Below, in pieces: positions 59,803 through 64,000 of a DNA stretch of 64,000 bases. Within the stretch, counting starts at the first letter, position 1; every line of letters begins with the position of its first letter. Where the stretch lies: positions 1 to 64,000 of the forward strand of contig QPMI01000607.1 of the NCBI GenBank assembly GCA_004431415.1, in the 5' to 3' direction. Below the pieces are notes generated by a model. That model was not told where the DNA came from and searched no databases. It saw only the letters and a list, made by a program, of their open reading frames with translations. The DNA is from Cyanophora paradoxa CCMP329. Its lineage: Eukaryota; Plantae; Glaucophyta. The translations under genes were made by a program, and so were the position numbers.

Positions 59803-62800
59803 TCAGACACCAAATGGGACACTGTGAATGCCGTCGTTTGATATCTTCCTTTTGCTATCGATTTGGTTTAGCGCCACCCTTCTGCTCTCCAAATCATATA
59901 GGCTGTGGTCTTGCCGTCGCTTGTTTCTTACTGTTACTGTTTTGGTGATACCTTCGAATAGACATTTCTTAAAATCGTCAAAATGGACTTCCTTAGATGC
60001 TGTGCCGGACATCTTTATTTTTCATAGGTTTCAGTTCTGAAAGCGTAAAGTTTCGATCTCAAACCCACATATTCTAAGATCTTTGCATTTGGGAATTCGT
60101 TTTTATACTTCCCCGGAGTCAATCGATTCGACAAACTATATAATGGATGATCACGATTATAATTACTCCTATCGAGGTGTTCACCGATAGCTTTCATGTC
60201 CGCATTTAGATTATTGGTTTTCAGTAGTAGACAGAACGAATCGGTATCGTGGAATAGTAGCTTAGCCGTTTCCCATTTCTTTTTAACCACCTCATAAAAG
60301 AATTGATAATTATGTAACTTTGCAAAATCCAAAACGAAAGCACCAATAGCTACGGGTTTATCTAAGTTTACATGTTTCGAATACATTTCAAACGCTACGG
60401 CGTTTTCGTTTAATACATTGGTTGCTTTGATAAGTGGACTTGCGGCATATTTCTTACATAGTTTCTCACTGTTGGCGATCTTTACAGAAGAGCGACCCTA
60501 CAAGATTCTAAGCATTTTCCATATATCGCATTGTTCATGAGTTTAAAAAAGTCGCTTTCGAATCTATTCCTGATTCGTGTCTTAGTCTTGTATTCAGAGC
60601 TATGTAAGATTTCATGAAAGAAGAAGTAGCGAATGAGATCACCTTATGAATCGCCTTTATGACTACACCCTTTTTAACGAGATAGATAAGTAGAGGTTGT
60701 GATATGACATAGTTAGTCTTTGGTGTAAATGTTGCTGTAAGTCGTGGATCTTTGGTTAATTTTTCGCCTGTCATATATAATAGGTTTTGTTGGTATTCAC
60801 CTAACATATCTGTCGTGATAACTTCTTTATTCACAATAAGTGGGAAATCATAATGATCTTCGAGGGAAATAGGATATTCTAAATCGACCTCAATAAATGC
60901 ATTTCGTCCTTCTACTTCTTTCAGTGCCTCTGTGGTTTCTTCCCATCGATAATCACCAATAGGTAAAGGTTGGCTGAGTGCATAACCATAAAGATTATTT
61001 GCGTCCAATAAAACAATATGATCATCGGGATTTTCTACCTTTGCATATCGTGTGGGCATAGTGGCGAATCCACCCCTTATGGCTCTTTCAATAAATTCGT
61101 ATTTGTCGACATCATCGATAAGTGCAATCTTTGCCTTTGTATGTTTTAACATAGCATCCCAGGATAGACCCTGAGCGCTAACGTAATGACATGGATCTAA
61201 TCCATATTGAGAAAACGCCAATTTACGGAATTCTTCGAATTTAAACATAAGATCATCGACATTTGCACTTTGGAAATCCATAAAATGCGATGCATCTATG
61301 AATTTCCACATGCCCCATTGTAGCGATAGATACTGATCGAAATTTTTACTTAGAATCTCCACACGTAGCGTATCGTCTTGTTGGGCTATTTTTCGGAATA
61401 TCCCATGTCCGCATTCGTCCATTTGATCTACGACAATAGCTACCTTTGTTTGTTTAGAGATTCGCCTATGGAGGTTACAGTTTCGGCATGCTTTCCCGAT
61501 ATAATCACCCGTTTGGTGACAGTGATCGCGAACCGAAAAGTTTTCGGCTGTGAATCGTTGCAAGCAAATATAACAATGCTTTGTGGTTCTATATTCTGCC
61601 TTCTGATCTTCTGTGAGTGGATGCATGGGAATATTTCTAAATAGGGTTTGCACTACATGAGGTCTAATTTCTATGAGTTTGGCAAACAGCGAACCCAAAG
61701 GATCGGCTCCCTCAAAATGAAAAGCTACCACCTCTTCTCCTATTACCACTCTCAGTGACACAGCTTTAATTTCCCGTTTGGTTTTGTTTGCACTCACAGA
61801 TACCGAATGATCTTCGATTTTCACGTAACAGATCACAGGAAGCCATACAGTCTTTCTTAGGTGTTTTAATCCGAATTCCATGTAAGTATCGGGTTTTGGA
61901 CATTTTCCCTTACTTTCCCTCCAATCGATGCACCGATTAGCTTCTATGTGTAGGTCTAATTTCGCCTGAGATCGGAAACGTGATAGACAGGTTTCACAGT
62001 AATAAATGCGTCCATCACATGCTTTATCAAACGTGGTTTTAAGGAGGCGACTTAGAGACACAATAGCTACATAATGTCCTCTATTCTCCTCCGTATTTTC
62101 GATGAGTAAAAGGTTAATCTTATTCTTTCTACGTGGATTGCTCGACATATGTAACGGATAGAATGACTCCTTTTCGTTATCGGCACCGTAGATATTAACC
62201 GATAAGTCCGGGTTCTGTTCTTCGAATCGATCGATAACATCAGCATCGCATGCTACCGGGAATTCGATATTATTAAAGTTCAGTTCATTAAGCCATCGGC
62301 GATATTGAATGGGATCATAGCTTTTATGGCGGTTAATGTCCTTTCGGTGTAGACGAGCCAAAATAGCATATTTAAAACAATCTTGTCCGTCGATATTCTT
62401 AACGTTAACGGTTGCTTTCTTTCTTGCGATCCATTCGGGAGTAGCGAAATAGCAACCACCCACCGGTGCGTAAGACATGATAACAACCCTAAGGATCTCT
62501 AAGCGATCCAAACGATAACTATCTACTTGTTTCATTTGCTCTTGCATTTCTTGTAGAGCTTTACGCAATTCCGTATTTATATTACGGGATCGTGTGATAA
62601 CAAAGTAGTCACTGTAAATGTATTTAGTAATAAAAATGCGTTCATTACTTACTTTAACGAACCGACAAACGAATGTAAGGCGGACTTTAACGGCTCTGAG
62701 TTGTTCTAACTTCGTTCTAATTCGCTGTGGAAGGTTAGTAGCGATGCGTTCCAAATAATCGATAGTATCCACAACTATTTGATTTCTTGCGCGGTAAGAA

Positions 62801-63081
62801 TGCCACGAGTAAGCCTGATTCATTGCCTCACCATCTTCTACTTCGGGTTCAATCGCTCCTAAGCGTTGTCCTTCGTCCATAAAGTCTTCCATTCTTTGCA
62901 TGCGATTGTAGAGGTCATTAGCGATATCGGTAAGTTGTTGTAGTCGCGGCTTCCGATCTAAAATGGCGGCTTCTCTATCATATTCGGCTTCTGTGATTTC
63001 ACCGGTGACTAAAAGGGTTCCTAACAGTCCGATAATCTCATTTTTCTTTTCTTTGATAAGTCTATTAGTTTGGCGGGGCAT
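59803..63081 (-). CDS. polB: Protein-primed family B DNA polymerase with C2H2 finger and EndoVII-like insert; frameshifts at ~60570, ~60500 and ~60015
   Basis: CFKYAILA, CETC..H, CYIC..VRDHCHQTG..CNL, YGLDP, IRGG. Motif A DANNLYG, motif B FFKLMNNAIYGK (alternative frame), motif C HDTDS, then GLRSKLY and DSKR. Confidence 0.93.
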
Positions 63082-63124
63082 CTTTGCTTTATAGGAACAT
63101 TATTTTTTTCGGAAATGAAACGCG

Positions 63125-63322
63125 TTAGGCACTTTTAGGCACCTTAGGCACCTTAGGCACCTTTTTTAACTTTTTTTTAAAATTTTAAAAGTTGTGTTGT
63201 GCTTGACACAACTTTTTTGCGCGTGGGCGAAAATTAAAATTAGGTGCCTAAGGTGCCTAAGGTGCCTAACGGGTGCCTAACCTTACTATAATAGTAATAA
63301 ATAAGTGCCTATAAAGTGCCTA
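63125..63322. promoter_or_regulatory. Putative replication origin: inverted iteron arrays flanking an AT-rich spacer, directly downstream of the helicase gene
   Basis: TTAGGCAC x4, then an ~80-bp AT-rich spacer containing the 11-bp IR AAAAGTTGTGT/ACACAACTTTT, then GTGCCTAA x4 plus two further GTGCCTA. Confidence 0.7.
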
Positions 63323-63395
63323 CTCTTACTGAATCAGTAACAAATGAATAAAAACACTTGCTACTTTGTAAAAATAATTCCGATCATTCATTATA

Positions 63396-64000
63396 TTATG
63401 CTTCTATGTCATCATCTTCGAATTGGTTTGTTTGTTGAGCGACAAGCTTCACCCCTTTGAAACCACGCGAATATGAATTTCTCACCTTTACAGCGTTCTT
63501 ATCATACTTTGCACCCATCTTTTCCATGAGTGCCTTAATTCGACTTGTGGACATATTGATTTTTAGTTTTTTAAACTCTTCATCGACAGCCTTCGATGTT
63601 AGGGAGTCGCTGTTATTCTTTGTGAATTCAAAGCTCTTTTTAATTAATAACAGCTCATCGCCGCCTTCTTCACGGAAAGCTTCCGTATCTTCGGCTATCT
63701 TGCCTTCCAATTGGACAGGTTGGCTTTGGAACGCATTGAAAACTTCCCATTCAAACGCCCGAATAATATTAGGGTCTTTCAATAACACAGTTTTGATATC
63801 GTTAGATTTCAGTTTGAGGAAAGGAAGCTTTAACTCATCGATTGTTTTTTGGTCTACGAACTTGTGGGGATGCTTGAAATATAGCAGATTCTCCATAGTA
63901 TCAGCCGGTGTAACAGGGGGCATATCATTAAGGATCATCCATAGCCGACTTTGTAAAAATATGTTTTGCTCATTTGCCCAGAGAACCCGCATATTTTGCT
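63396..64000 (-). CDS. C-terminal part of a D5/SF3-like primase-helicase (5' end outside window)
   Basis: R.L......F..Q......NDMP.......HKFV pattern (SF3 motif C region), followed by a winged-helix-like tail ending RGFKGVKL. Confidence 0.7.
   Translation of the reverse strand, partial: QNMRVLWANEQNIFLQSRLWMILNDMPPVTPADTMENLLYFKHPHKFVDQKTIDELKLPFLKLKSNDIKTVLLKDPNIIRAFEWEVFNAFQSQPVQLEGKIAEDTEAFREEGGDELLLIKKSFEFTKNNSDSLTSKAVDEEFKKLKINMSTSRIKALMEKMGAKYDKNAVKVRNSYSRGFKGVKLVAQQTNQFEDDDIEA

Larger units (their letters stand above)
46125..64000. mobile_element. Polinton/Maverick-like endogenous viral element (left end at ~46125; runs off the window)
   Basis: Abrupt switch from GC-rich to AT-rich, intronless, gene-dense DNA. 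Encodes a Polinton-type rve integrase, pPolB and SF3/D5-like helicase. The putative terminus begins with AG. Confidence 0.92.

Noticed and set aside
59645-59827. 60-aa ORF overlapping the polB 3' end
   Set aside because: Short, with no motif. It could be real but cannot be supported.

Overview
Eukaryotic genomic DNA: a GC-rich host (probably an alga or protist, species not identifiable here) with short GT-AG introns. There are four zones. (1) ~1.8-34.1 kb is a complex GC-rich macrosatellite with 0.8-1.7 kb units and higher-order duplications. It is interrupted by an 8.5 kb APE-RT-RNaseH non-LTR retrotransposon with a perfect 15-bp TSD, and it ends in a 6.34 kb tandem duplication. (2) At 27.8-28.8 kb and 34.1-35.2 kb lie two copies of an AT-rich module: a ~300-bp inverted-repeat segment followed by palindromic 8-bp iteron arrays. 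This module is homologous to the left end of the Polinton-like element at 46.1 kb. (3) 35.5-46.0 kb is a GC-rich island of spliced genes that the ORF track mostly misses: a 155-aa histone H3 variant with a near-canonical tail but CenH3-like histone fold, two divergently transcribed paralogues of an unknown CxxC family flanking a 207-bp repeat, and a SET-domain gene with giant-virus-like architecture. (4) 46.1 kb to the window end is an AT-rich, intronless Polinton/Maverick-like endogenous virus. It encodes AdoMet decarboxylase, rve integrase, a patatin-discoidin fusion, a phage-like fibre protein, four paralogous fibre/C1q proteins, a pPolB with eroded exonuclease, an iteron-type origin and the C-terminus of a D5/SF3-like helicase. 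No capsid, ATPase or protease genes are visible; they may lie beyond the window. The many 1-bp frameshifts may be consensus errors. All family assignments come from motif recognition by eye, not database searches.
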